Notes under the pieces: generated by a model
The model's database searches: none
Told to the model about the DNA's origin: nothing
The model's input: the letters and a program-made list of their open reading frames with translations, nothing else
Shown here: positions 37,465 through 47,834 of the stretch, in pieces
Layout: the number at the start of each line of letters is the position of its first letter
Position numbering within the stretch: position 1 is the first letter of the stretch
Translations under genes and position numbers: made by a program
Source: Candidatus Cloacimonadales bacterium
GTDB taxonomy: Bacteria > Cloacimonadota > Cloacimonadia > Cloacimonadales > JAIOQZ01
Assembly (NCBI GenBank): GCA_963662655.2
Contig: CAXXTU010000002.1
Coordinates: forward strand, 2,656,001-2,720,000
Direction: 5' to 3'
Length of the DNA: 64,000 nucleotides

Positions 37465-38868
37465 CTACTCCCCTCTCAATATCTCCCGCACCCGTGTTTC
37501 GCTCATTCCGGGTCGAAGCTGCGAGAAGCGTTGGAGCTCATCCGCCGAAAGAACAACCGCCTCGACGCGGTAGAACATGGAACTCTCCGTCAGACCGACA
37601 TTTTCATGCGTGTAGTTCGTTGCGGCTGTAAAGCCAAGGACGTAATAATCTCCGCCCTGGTTATTGGATTCGCTGTAGTAGACGATGTAGTAATCCGGGG
37701 ATGCGGAGTTTCCAATGAGGTCTTCTGTAACCGCGTCCCAGGTGATGTGCGCATCGCCTTCCACCACGGCGATCTCAATATTTTCCGGGGGCATGGGTTC
37801 CGCGCTGAAGGCCCTAAACAGATAGGGGTAGCCAGCGTTTTGGATCAGCAGGCTGTCCGCGTGCCATATTGTAGTAAAATCCCAATCAACGTATGTATTT
37901 GCAGCGTATGGAAATGTCATTTCATCTATTGTGCGTCCCTCGCCTGCACAGGAGGTGGATTGATTGGATGTCTCGATGTTCCAGTAGCAACGTGTACATT
38001 CCCCTTCGCTGCTTCCAGCAAATCCTCCTCCGACGAATGCTACGGACACCGGGCCATACGAGTAGGAATCGGAGATGCTCGCGTTTTCAACCAGGCCAAC
38101 AAATCCGCCAACGATTGACCGACCCGTTACCGAGCAAGCACTGTAGCAGTTTGATATCGCGGAATCTTGATAATTTCTGCCGATGAATCCTGCGGTATAA
38201 TTCTGCCCGGTTACGCTTCCGCGGCACCAGCATTCTTCGATGCAGGATTCCTCTCCCTGGCTACCGACAAGACCTCCTACGAAACTCACGACTGCCGAGC
38301 CTGTCACCTCGCAATTGCCCGAACAACACCGGATTTCGGAATTCCCCTCGCTTAGGCCGATTAATCCCCCCGCAAGGTGGCGGCTGGCCGTAACCTCTCC
38401 CGAAGCGTGGCAATTCGTGATAAACGAGCGCTCGGTAATGACGCCAGCGAGCGCACCCACCATCTCTCTGCCCGTTATATCCAAGGATGTCAGCCTGACA
38501 TTTGAAATCACGGCATCGGAAATCGCTCCGAACAGCCCGATTCGAATTGTTTCGGGGCGATTGATGTAAAGACTGTCAATCGTGAAGTTTTGTCCATCAT
38601 AAGAGCCCGTAAATCGCGTACTATTTCCGATGGGATACCAGCCATATCCATCAAACCAATTGATCGTATCGGATGCGTCAATGTCATTTGTTTGCTTATA
38701 GTGGTAAACCCAATGGTCGGGGTTCTCGGATATCCAGTAAAGATTTTCCAGTGACGCAATTTCGTATGGACTTTCTTCGGAACCATTGCCGTTAATTGGA
38801 GCAGTAGCGGTTTGTGAGATCAATGTTGATGTCAGGATCAGTAAAATGATCGCAATCATACCTTTCAT
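37465..38868 (-). CDS. Secreted GLUG-motif repeat protein with C-terminal Fn3-like module
   Basis: Signal peptide, G.GSEESPYEI, FTGSYDGQ, repeated VGGLVG units; GGAGG RBS before ATG 38868. Confidence 0.8.
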   Translation of the reverse strand: MKGMIAIILLILTSTLISQTATAPINGNGSEESPYEIASLENLYWISENPDHWVYHYKQTNDIDASDTINWFDGYGWYPIGNSTRFTGSYDGQNFTIDSLYINRPETIRIGLFGAISDAVISNVRLTSLDITGREMVGALAGVITERSFITNCHASGEVTASRHLAGGLIGLSEGNSEIRCCSGNCEVTGSAVVSFVGGLVGSQGEESCIEECWCRGSVTGQNYTAGFIGRNYQDSAISNCYSACSVTGRSIVGGFVGLVENASISDSYSYGPVSVAFVGGGFAGSSEGECTRCYWNIETSNQSTSCAGEGRTIDEMTFPYAANTYVDWDFTTIWHADSLLIQNAGYPYLFRAFSAEPMPPENIEIAVVEGDAHITWDAVTEDLIGNSASPDYYIVYYSESNNQGGDYYVLGFTAATNYTHENVGLTESSMFYRVEAVVLSADELQRFSQLRPGMSETRVREILRGE

Positions 38869-39012
38869 CGGATCCTCCAGAATGTTGACGTTCATTTTTT
38901 TACTGCACCGAACAACATTTTATCGAAGGCTTATACATGGTGTCAAGAACAAAGCGCACGAAGAGATGTGATTTAACTTGTAAATTTATAAGCTCTTTTT
39001 ATTAGATAAAAT

Positions 39013-39780
39013 CTATTTCCCCTCAGTAACGGGCGTCGGATTCATCACCGGTTCGAAGATACCCTTTTCGTCGAGCCGCTCCGAGAACTTGCGGATCGCG
39101 AGAAAGCTGAAAGGAATCGTGAACAGCAAGCCGAGTCCGGCGGGGATCAGGGCCACGACGTTGAAGAACGCCAGAACGACCACGAGGAAGAACTGCTGCC
39201 AGCGGGTCTCCTGCCCTGCCTTGTAGGAGATGATCAACGCCTTGCAGGGTATCTTGCCTTCCTTCGCGATGAGGTAGAACACAGGGACGATAATCGCCAG
39301 CCAGTAGAGAACCAGCACCAGCCGCACCGGGTGTAGAATCGGATCGGTCGCGTAGTAGAAGAGTGGATTCCCCGTGCAGATCACGTTAATCAGGAAATAG
39401 AAGAGGATGGTGAAAAGAGTAACCGCAAACATTTTAGGATAGTATATCAGATGTTGCACGTACATCTTGATGGAGTAGATCGATTCGCCGAATGTGAGAG
39501 GAATCAACGCGAAAGGCACCGCAATGAGCATCGCCAGATTGTTGATCCAGTAGTTGTTCCGCGTGAAGAACGCCGCCAGCGCAACCGGAAGCATGATCGC
39601 CAGCACGTAGAATATCGCGAATGGATAGTTCTTGCCCTTGATTCCCTTGTACTCCTGCCAGGTCTCGCTCAAAATCAGCTTCGCGGAGAGATTGTCCTTG
39701 AGAAAATCGGTCTGCCAGCCGCAGGTCGGGCAGAAAATGGCGTTGTCTTTCAGTGACGATGAACACTTTTTGCATTTCAT
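39013..39780 (-). CDS. Zinc-ribbon-containing membrane protein
   Basis: CKKC...FCPTCG at the N-terminus, then about 6 TM helices. Confidence 0.7.
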   Translation of the reverse strand: MKCKKCSSSLKDNAIFCPTCGWQTDFLKDNLSAKLILSETWQEYKGIKGKNYPFAIFYVLAIMLPVALAAFFTRNNYWINNLAMLIAVPFALIPLTFGESIYSIKMYVQHLIYYPKMFAVTLFTILFYFLINVICTGNPLFYYATDPILHPVRLVLVLYWLAIIVPVFYLIAKEGKIPCKALIISYKAGQETRWQQFFLVVVLAFFNVVALIPAGLGLLFTIPFSFLAIRKFSERLDEKGIFEPVMNPTPVTEGK

Positions 39781-39980
39781 ATTTTTTCTCCATCGATGCA
39801 CGATTTCCCGGGCTCCGGCCGAAAATCGCTACATCCAATCATTCAACGAACAATAATCCATTCGGTTACACGCAAGTAGTCATTCAACTCGTACGATAAA
39901 ATTGTCAATGAGAAAGTTGACGCGAAACCTCAGGTCAGGATAATTCGCATGTGGATAAATCCGCCATGGAGGAATAGGAA

Positions 39981-40349
39981 ATGTATAAATTGAACGTAAC
40001 TTCGCATTTCAGCGGAGCACATATGTTAAACGGTTACGACGGCGCATGCAAACGCCTGCACGGTCATAACTGGAAGATTCGCGTGGGGATCGAATGCGAC
40101 CGCACGGACGAGATAGGACTCGCGATCGATTTCAAGATCATCAAAACACACCTGAACAGGCTTCTGGACGAGCTCGACCACACCATGCTCAACGACCACC
40201 CCGCGTTCAAGGATTGCAACCCCACGTCGGAAAACCTGGCCCGATTCTTCCATCACCGCCTGAGAGAAGAGATCGACGGGGAGCATTGCCGCGTCGCGGA
40301 CATCGAAGTATGGGAGTCCGACAGCAGCTCCGTCGTGTATTGGGAATAG
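39981..40349 (+). CDS. queD: 6-carboxy-5,6,7,8-tetrahydropterin synthase
   Basis: FSGAH, CKRLHGHN, LDHTMLND, PTSENLA, VWES. Confidence 0.93.
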   Translation: MYKLNVTSHFSGAHMLNGYDGACKRLHGHNWKIRVGIECDRTDEIGLAIDFKIIKTHLNRLLDELDHTMLNDHPAFKDCNPTSENLARFFHHRLREEIDGEHCRVADIEVWESDSSSVVYWE

Positions 40350-40356
40350 GCTGAAC

Positions 40357-40974
40357 ATGGGCATCCGAATCGTTGAAAGCGAATTCATCAAGAGCGCGGT
40401 CTACCCCAAGGACTACCCGTCATCCGAGTTTGCCGACGTTGCCTTCGTGGGTAAATCGAATGTCGGGAAGTCTTCCCTGCTGAACAGTATCCTCAATCGC
40501 AAATCGATTGCCAAGACAAGCGGGAAACCCGGTAAAACGCGCCTGGTAAACTTCTTCCTGATTCGCTTCAAGGTGAAAGAAAACGAGGAGCTGGAAGGCT
40601 TCGTCAACTTTGTCGATCTCCCCGGATACGGCTACGCCAAGGTGAGCAAAGACGAACGGGAATCGTGGAAAAAGATGATGAGCAACTACTTCCGCGAGCG
40701 CGTTCAGCTCCGGGGCGTAATCTTGCTTGTGGATATCCGTCACAAGGCCGACGAGAAAGACCTCGTCATGGCAAGCATGCTTCGAGAATTTCAGATCCCG
40801 TATATCATCGCTGCCACGAAAAGCGACAAAGTCCCTTCGACCAAGGCTCGCGGATATCTTGACGCTTTGGCAGAGACATTCGACATTGGGAAAAAGGATA
40901 TTGTAGCCGTATCTTCTCTAAAGAAAACCGGAATGGATAAGGTTATCTCCTGGATCGAATCGCTGATTATTTAA
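40357..40974 (+). CDS. engB: GTP-binding protein EngB (YihA/YsxC)
   Basis: GKSNVGKSS, KPGKT, DLPGYGYA, TKSDK. Confidence 0.95.
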   Translation: MGIRIVESEFIKSAVYPKDYPSSEFADVAFVGKSNVGKSSLLNSILNRKSIAKTSGKPGKTRLVNFFLIRFKVKENEELEGFVNFVDLPGYGYAKVSKDERESWKKMMSNYFRERVQLRGVILLVDIRHKADEKDLVMASMLREFQIPYIIAATKSDKVPSTKARGYLDALAETFDIGKKDIVAVSSLKKTGMDKVISWIESLII

Positions 40975-41061
40975 TGCCACAATGTCATCTGGACAAAAAT
41001 TTTCAGTTTTTCATTATTATGCCGATATTGAAATGATTGAATAGAACGGAGTTATGCGAGT

Positions 41062-44000
41062 ATGTTGAACAATTTCAAATGGATGATGGCAAAGAACGAT
41101 CCTGATAAACTGGAACAATTGTACGTGGGCTCGAAATCTCTTCGGGAACAGATCATCGAGCGGCTATTCGAGCTTGAAGACTATAAGCGGCTCATCCAGC
41201 TTGCTCAGAAAGATCCCACCCAGCGTAACCACATTCTACAAAAAATCATGGATTTGACCCAGCTTGACTTGAATGATGTCGAGTATATCATGACGTTTGC
41301 GAATATCGGATTTGTTCAGAAGACCATCATTCCCTACATGGTCAGGAATTTCAAAGAGAAAGATCTGATCCGGCTGGCCAAGAAACCGAAGATCGACCGC
41401 ATCATCAGAAGAAACCTGCTCAAGCGCCTCGGCATCGATCCCGACAACCCCAACGCGCCGCGAAAAGTGAAGGAAGACTACCTCAAGCTCCGCATGCTCC
41501 TCGAGGAAGCCGACCTGGATGAGATCGTCGAGAACAGCCGTGAAGAGATATCTCTGGAGCAGCAATCGTCCGAGATGGATCGCCTGAAGCATTACCTGAG
41601 CATCCGCAAGAACATCTCCGCAGAAGAAGATTACAAGCTGATCAAGCAGGAAATGCTCTTCTGGGTGAGCCAGGAACGATTCAACCTTTCGTTCATCCTC
41701 TCGTTGATCAACCTGTCCCGGCTGAGCGCGCACGACAAACTGAAGCTGATCCGGGAAATCAACAGCGACGAGCTTCTATATCCCGAAAATTTTCAGCTCA
41801 TCACCGATTCCTACGATATCCCTTTCGAGACCTTCCAGACGTTCTTCTCGGAAACGACCGTCAACGAGTGGGTAAAGACCTTCCTGCAAACGCACTTTGT
41901 TATCGACCTGATCTATCTCTACCAGTATTATGAGGAATTCCACTGGCTCGAGAAGTATTTGAAGACCATTGGAATCATCCAGAAAACGAGCCTGAGCGGT
42001 ATCAATGAATCGTACTATCTCACCTCGAAATACGGTTACAGACTCAACGAGATTATCCCGCAGGAGGACATCCGGCAGCAACTGATCGAGAGCTGCCTGC
42101 CGATCCAGAAAGAGATCATGGACAACCTGCACGTCGATTCGTTCCCCATATCGAACTTGCTCAAGCCTCTTCTGATGGTGGGCGGTGAGGAGAACTTCTC
42201 GTTCTTCGCTGCGCTGATGAACCGCAGGGTCGTTAACGATCCGGCACAAACCATTCTCGATATCGAGCAGAATTATCTGGAGCTCAAGCGTCGCATCAAC
42301 ACGCAAAAAGAGATGGAAGAGCTGGTTCTGAACGAGAAGGCGGAAAAGGAGGGGCTGATCTCGGACGACAAGTATCATGTTATCTCGAATATGTACTTCG
42401 AGAAGCTCACGTCCAGCATGGAATTACATCCCAACGTGCGCGACGCGATCCTGAACAACCTTCCGGACCTGAAAAAATACAGCGCCATCGCCACGATGAA
42501 CGGAAAGGTTCGTCTGTGTAAGTTTATCAGCATGCTGAACCTTGACCAGTACGAGGAGATGTTGCTGGAATACGTGAAAGACGACGACTACAACGTGGCT
42601 GTCAACGCGGCTATCGCGCTCAAGAGCCTGGAAAACGAATCCGTCGGCAAGCTTCTCCAGGAGTTTTCGAAGTCATCCAATTACATGGTGCGCAAGCAGA
42701 TCGCATCGTCGCTCAAAATTATTTCCGAGAACATCGACGAGGACTTGATTCTCAAGCTAGCACAGGATGAGAACCTGGAAGTATGCCAGGAAGCGATCCA
42801 GACGATAACGCTTTTACCGATCGATACGGCGGTGGACTACCTCTCCAGAATCATACCCGCAGCGTATTACAAGAACCGTCCCTACATTGCCAGAGCGCTG
42901 AGCCAGTTGCACACGGTGAAGGTGCTGCCGCTTCTCGCAGAGCTGATTCGCGAGGGCGATGCCGAGGAATACTTTGCCGTGATCAAGGCGCTCCCAAGCA
43001 TCTTCAATCCGCTATCGATCCAGTTCCTGAAAACGCTCAACACGCAGCGTCGACCGATTCTGGAGGTCGAATCCGCGAAATCGCTCATTCTGATGGGCGA
43101 TCCCTCCGGCTGGCAAACGCTGGAGTTCTTCTCCGATTTCAGCCAGAACAACGTTCGCAACTACGCGAGGCTTTGCTTCCTCGAGCTTTGTTCCGGCGAG
43201 AACCTTTCGCTCCTGAGAGAATTGAGCTTCGATTCGACGTCTCTCATCGCGGTGATGGCAGCCGGTAAATTGATACAGTATAACGAGGATGAAGGCTGGG
43301 AAACCGTCGAGAGGATCCTTAATACGAACCAGATCGATACGACGTTCATGCTTGTGCAATTGATGATTCACCTTCCCTTTGACAAGGTCTCGCGTTATTT
43401 GGGCGATATCTACAAACGGGACGACTACGGAAGCAAAACGCTTGCGGCGCTGATTTTCGCCCAAAACGGCAGAACGAATTACCTGCAGAAGATCGAGAAC
43501 GAGATATTAAATCTCGACCAATACGCGCATCGCAGGATCATCGATGCGTTGAAGGTGTTCCCGAATGATTTGAGTCTTTCGATCGTAAGGAAGATCGCCC
43601 TGCTCCAGGATATCGATCTGCTGGACGATTTGTTGGGGCTTCTCTCGAGCTACAGCATTGAACGTGCGATGCAATTGATCAATCTGCTGTGGCGCAAAGC
43701 CGACTGGGTTTCCAAGGTGCCTGTCGCGAGAGTACTGGGAAAGCTTCGCCACGCGAAAATCATCGAATTCATCCACAAGCATCGAGGCAACACCACCCCC
43801 GAAGTGAAATCCGAGTTCGCGTACGCGCTCATCATGCAGGGCGACGAATCAGGATGGATCATGTTCGACGAATTGCTGGAAGAGACCAACACTCGCACGG
43901 CTAAATCACCCATCAACGCCATCGCCCGTGTGAAAAGCACGAAGGCCTTGAGGTTGCTCGAGAAGCAGTTGTCCAACCCGAACGAAGCGCTTCAGTCCGA

Positions 44001-44982
44001 AATCATCAAGGCGATCGGAACCATGCAGCTTCGGGAAAGCATTCCGATATTGCACAAGTTTGTCATGAGCACATCGTCGAAGATCAAAATCGGGCTTGCA
44101 AAAGCGCTTGGGGACATATACGGGGATCAATCGACCAAGATGTTACAGGTTCTTTCCAAGGATGGCGACGAATATGTGCGGGTTGCGGCCGATATAGCCC
44201 TGCAAAAGGTGAACAAGGGCATCGAGCTCGATCCGGTGGATACCTACGAGCTGTTCAACTCGATCTTCAAAAAAACGGACTGGCGTTTCTCGGATTCCTG
44301 GTTCGATAAATTGCTGCATCAGTTCGTGGATCCGTACAGCCACCACGAGCCGATTCCGTTGCGCGATTTTGCCGAGAAGATCATCATGAACGAAGACGAA
44401 CTTGAAGAGAAACGGAACGAACTCGATCAGAAGCTTTCGGAGAAACTTATCAGAAGTACGGATGTCGAGAGGATTATGGAGGCGAAGCAGGATACGCAGT
44501 TGAAGAAGAATCGGTTGATCTCTCGAGAGCAACTGGTTTTATCCATTCTGAAGCTGGATCCGGACGACATGAACCTGAAAGACTGGAATATCTTGAGTCA
44601 AGCGCTGCAATCCAATGATGAGGACATCATTCGGGCGATTGTGTTTTCGTCGGTGAAATCGACGGACCCGAAATGGTTCAGCATTCTTCAGGACGTCATG
44701 GATCGCATCGATTACAGCAGCCTGGTCGACCTGATGATTTACTCGGTGTTCCAGAAACGCTGTGCGAAGAGCCTGCCTATTCTCATCAGACTCTTCAAGC
44801 ATGAGAGAGCCCGGTATTATACGCTGTTCTTCGTGAATCATTATATTCTGAACCCGGGTGATCTCGAGCTATCTGACCTGAAGGAGTGCAAAGAAGCGCT
44901 TGCAACGCTTACGGATATCCCCAAGGAAATGCATAATTCCATCAAAGGACTCTTAAACTATCTTATTGAAAAGAAAATGTAA
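41062..44982 (+). CDS. Large HEAT-repeat protein
   Basis: All-helical, with repeated units such as VAVNAAIAL, VRKQIASSL and VRVAADIAL; no catalytic motif recognised. Confidence 0.75.
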   Translation: MLNNFKWMMAKNDPDKLEQLYVGSKSLREQIIERLFELEDYKRLIQLAQKDPTQRNHILQKIMDLTQLDLNDVEYIMTFANIGFVQKTIIPYMVRNFKEKDLIRLAKKPKIDRIIRRNLLKRLGIDPDNPNAPRKVKEDYLKLRMLLEEADLDEIVENSREEISLEQQSSEMDRLKHYLSIRKNISAEEDYKLIKQEMLFWVSQERFNLSFILSLINLSRLSAHDKLKLIREINSDELLYPENFQLITDSYDIPFETFQTFFSETTVNEWVKTFLQTHFVIDLIYLYQYYEEFHWLEKYLKTIGIIQKTSLSGINESYYLTSKYGYRLNEIIPQEDIRQQLIESCLPIQKEIMDNLHVDSFPISNLLKPLLMVGGEENFSFFAALMNRRVVNDPAQTILDIEQNYLELKRRINTQKEMEELVLNEKAEKEGLISDDKYHVISNMYFEKLTSSMELHPNVRDAILNNLPDLKKYSAIATMNGKVRLCKFISMLNLDQYEEMLLEYVKDDDYNVAVNAAIALKSLENESVGKLLQEFSKSSNYMVRKQIASSLKIISENIDEDLILKLAQDENLEVCQEAIQTITLLPIDTAVDYLSRIIPAAYYKNRPYIARALSQLHTVKVLPLLAELIREGDAEEYFAVIKALPSIFNPLSIQFLKTLNTQRRPILEVESAKSLILMGDPSGWQTLEFFSDFSQNNVRNYARLCFLELCSGENLSLLRELSFDSTSLIAVMAAGKLIQYNEDEGWETVERILNTNQIDTTFMLVQLMIHLPFDKVSRYLGDIYKRDDYGSKTLAALIFAQNGRTNYLQKIENEILNLDQYAHRRIIDALKVFPNDLSLSIVRKIALLQDIDLLDDLLGLLSSYSIERAMQLINLLWRKADWVSKVPVARVLGKLRHAKIIEFIHKHRGNTTPEVKSEFAYALIMQGDESGWIMFDELLEETNTRTAKSPINAIARVKSTKALRLLEKQLSNPNEALQSEIIKAIGTMQLRESIPILHKFVMSTSSKIKIGLAKALGDIYGDQSTKMLQVLSKDGDEYVRVAADIALQKVNKGIELDPVDTYELFNSIFKKTDWRFSDSWFDKLLHQFVDPYSHHEPIPLRDFAEKIIMNEDELEEKRNELDQKLSEKLIRSTDVERIMEAKQDTQLKKNRLISREQLVLSILKLDPDDMNLKDWNILSQALQSNDEDIIRAIVFSSVKSTDPKWFSILQDVMDRIDYSSLVDLMIYSVFQKRCAKSLPILIRLFKHERARYYTLFFVNHYILNPGDLELSDLKECKEALATLTDIPKEMHNSIKGLLNYLIEKKM

Positions 44983-44999
44983 ACTACAAGGGACTTGCA

Positions 45000-45791
45000 A
45001 TGAAACCGACGATACTGATTCTCATTCTGTTCTCCATTCTGTCATTTTCGGGAATGGAGCTGGCTATTTCCGATTCCGGGCAAGGATATTATGTGTCGGG
45101 CACACCGTCCGAGACGTGGTTCATTACCGGGGCAGGCAATCAGATTACGATTTACGGATCCGATTTTCAGGAGATCCAAACGTTCTCCACCGGCGCTCAT
45201 AATCCCTATTACATCTATGCAGCCGGACGGGATTTCGACGATGACAACAACATCGAGGTACTTTACTCCGTTTATAATACAACAACCTACACGATGTCGA
45301 TCTACCTGCGCGATACCGTCACCGGCGATATCCAGCTCAGCCATGTGGGGAATCAGAGCACGAGTTACTACGGGTACTCCTATTACGCGTACAACGAGCG
45401 CTTCCTTCTGGTCAATCGCATGATCGATAACGAGTACGATCACTGCTACGTATATCGATCCGGGATTCAAGTGGATCTGGATGAGGGAGATACTCCTGTT
45501 CGGAACGCGTTCGACATCTATCCCAATCCATTTATTCCAACGACTTCTCAGAGTGATTTATCGGTAGCCTTTTCACTGGCCCAACCTCAAACCGTAAGCA
45601 TCGAGATATTCAACATCCGGGGACAGCGAGTCAAAGAGATCGCTTCCAGGATACGCCTGGCAGAGGGTGACCATCAATTGCGCTGGGATGGAAGGGATTC
45701 ATCGGGAAAACCCGTCGCGACGGGAACATATATCTTCTACGTTCATCAAGGCAATGAGAAGTTGGTAAAGAAGAATTTGTTAATACGGTAG
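45000..45791 (+). CDS. Secreted protein with C-terminal FlgD-Ig/T9SS-like sorting domain
   Basis: Signal peptide; YPNPF...IFNIRGQRV...WDGRD..GKPVATGTY...K.LLIR. Confidence 0.8.
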   Translation: MKPTILILILFSILSFSGMELAISDSGQGYYVSGTPSETWFITGAGNQITIYGSDFQEIQTFSTGAHNPYYIYAAGRDFDDDNNIEVLYSVYNTTTYTMSIYLRDTVTGDIQLSHVGNQSTSYYGYSYYAYNERFLLVNRMIDNEYDHCYVYRSGIQVDLDEGDTPVRNAFDIYPNPFIPTTSQSDLSVAFSLAQPQTVSIEIFNIRGQRVKEIASRIRLAEGDHQLRWDGRDSSGKPVATGTYIFYVHQGNEKLVKKNLLIR

Positions 45792-45945
45792 AGCCATTTG
45801 TATACCGGTGTGGCATCTTCGTCCATTCATCCGCAACGCCGTGGATATAACACGATCCTGACACTATCGAACAATCATAATGGATCGTGTAACACCACGT
45901 CTTCACGGAGAATGGCGCGAATCTGCTCCCACCTCGCATATTCTG

Positions 45946-46929
45946 TTATTCATCAATGACATTCACCGGGATCATCATTTTCATGCCGCTATTACGATAG
46001 TATTTTATAGCACCCGGATGGATTGGAGCTGAAAGCGCATGGAACATTTCTTCTCTTTTCAGGGTCATCAACGCGGGATGAATCGCACAGAAGGCATCGA
46101 AGTTATCGAAGATACACGCCGTGAGTTGTTCGACTGTTTTTACCGGCACATCCGCTCTTGTCACGAGGGTAGCCCGAACGCCGATGCTCTCGATATCTTC
46201 TGTATTGAGCAATCCGGGATAAAGAATAGCCGGAATGGTGGCTCGTGAGTAGTAGGGGAAATCCATCAGCAATTTTTCGGCATCGTAGCCAATAATAGGA
46301 ATAAAGCGCAAGCTGTTTTCGAGGGTCATTTTTTTCATAAGGTCGTTGGGGTGACCGATCGTATAGAAGAAGGCATCCAGATTGCCTTTCGCCATTTCCT
46401 CGGAGGCTTGCATCGGACTGAGGTAGGATGGCGCGATGTCATCCAGCTCGAATCCGATAATCCCCAGGACATCCACAGCGTTCTGGTGCTGGCCTGATCC
46501 AGGCTCGCCAAGACTGATCCGCTTGTCCGAGAGATCGTAGACGGTCTGGATACCACTTGCTTCCGAGGCGATGAGGGTAATGGTTTCGGGATAGAGCGAG
46601 CAGATCGATCGCAGGTGTGACTGCCGTCCGTCGTTCCACCAGTCCTCGAGACCGTAGAACGCCTGGTACTGGCGATCGGACTGGACGATTCCAAAGGTGA
46701 ATTCCCCGGCGACAATCCGGTTCACATTCTCCACAGAACCTTCACTCGAAACCGGTTCCAGCATCAAAGTTGTCTTCGCATCCAGAGCCAGCTTTTCCAG
46801 GCCTTTTCCTACCTGATAATAGACGCCGGTCTCGCATCCTGTACCAATTTTGTTCGGTTTGACATCCGCATTACATGCAATCAGTAGAAGAAGAGATAAA
46901 AGTATGAAAAAGAATAAGCTGTTTCTCAT
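45946..46929 (-). CDS. TAXI-family TRAP transporter substrate-binding lipoprotein
   Basis: Lipobox LIAC, GTG...GVYY, GSVEN, QSD, G.PGSG, PIHPGA. Confidence 0.9.
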   Translation of the reverse strand: MRNSLFFFILLSLLLLIACNADVKPNKIGTGCETGVYYQVGKGLEKLALDAKTTLMLEPVSSEGSVENVNRIVAGEFTFGIVQSDRQYQAFYGLEDWWNDGRQSHLRSICSLYPETITLIASEASGIQTVYDLSDKRISLGEPGSGQHQNAVDVLGIIGFELDDIAPSYLSPMQASEEMAKGNLDAFFYTIGHPNDLMKKMTLENSLRFIPIIGYDAEKLLMDFPYYSRATIPAILYPGLLNTEDIESIGVRATLVTRADVPVKTVEQLTACIFDNFDAFCAIHPALMTLKREEMFHALSAPIHPGAIKYYRNSGMKMMIPVNVIDE

Positions 46930-47831
46930 TATTTCTCCTTTGGAGCGTTCGTGATTTCCCGAAGTAATACTTTAGAATCTTCCTTTATTTTTTCAGGTAC
47001 GTTTTCTTGCTTCAGTAGATGCGTTATAACTTCCGCGGCACGGGAAGGCCATCCGTTTTCCCGGAAGAACAAGGCATTCATGAGCTGAATATCCGGGAAA
47101 GGATAATCGTTTCCAACCTGCTCGACGATGCTCAAAGCAAGCTCGCGTTGTCCGGTTTCGATCAGGAACCCGGCGTAGTCATAGCCGAGCGAGAAATCGT
47201 AATCGGCGTAGCTGATCCCGCTCTCGAACCAGCTTTGCGCCTTGACGAGACAATCCTCCATGCTGCGGGTATCCCCTTCATCCTGTGCCGCTCTCCAGTA
47301 TGCCAGCGCAATCGTCCGGCATGTGAGGCTGCGAGGCTCAACGTGATTCTGCGTGTATTCATCCCGCTCCGCAACATTTCGGGTCTCAACCCGCATCGGG
47401 TCATAGTCCAACTCTCCATCAGAGAGAAACACGTGGTGGCGGGTGGCGGAGAAATCCAGGAGCTTTCCCGTCGCGAAGAAAACCGCATCGAGGAACATGG
47501 TGGAAAGCGTACTGCAATCTAGCGAGCTCTGCCAGAGGTCTCTAGAAAGCAAGTCGGCCCGTCTTGCAGAGGAATAACGATCTTCGAGCGCAGAGCAAAA
47601 CCTGAAAAAGAACGATCGTAGCGGCTGAGGTTCGTTACCGTCATACAGCCTGGCCAGCTTCGTGATTTCGGTTTGATATTGAGACTTTATCGAATCCGGC
47701 GAGGCGTTTACATAGCGCTCTTGCAATCCCTGACATTCAAGTTCGATCATCTGTTCGCCCAAGAGCGTCACCGAATGACATACGCTTCCGCAGGCAAGCA
47801 GTAGTAGCAGGAGAATCGTGCGGAGAATCAT
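46929..47831 (-). CDS. Secreted hypothetical protein, possible transglutaminase-like core plus TPR-like tail
   Basis: Signal peptide; LDCSTLS...HHVFL...D pattern; helical C-terminus. Confidence 0.5.
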   Translation of the reverse strand: MILRTILLLLLLACGSVCHSVTLLGEQMIELECQGLQERYVNASPDSIKSQYQTEITKLARLYDGNEPQPLRSFFFRFCSALEDRYSSARRADLLSRDLWQSSLDCSTLSTMFLDAVFFATGKLLDFSATRHHVFLSDGELDYDPMRVETRNVAERDEYTQNHVEPRSLTCRTIALAYWRAAQDEGDTRSMEDCLVKAQSWFESGISYADYDFSLGYDYAGFLIETGQRELALSIVEQVGNDYPFPDIQLMNALFFRENGWPSRAAEVITHLLKQENVPEKIKEDSKVLLREITNAPKEK

Positions 47832-47834
47832 CGC

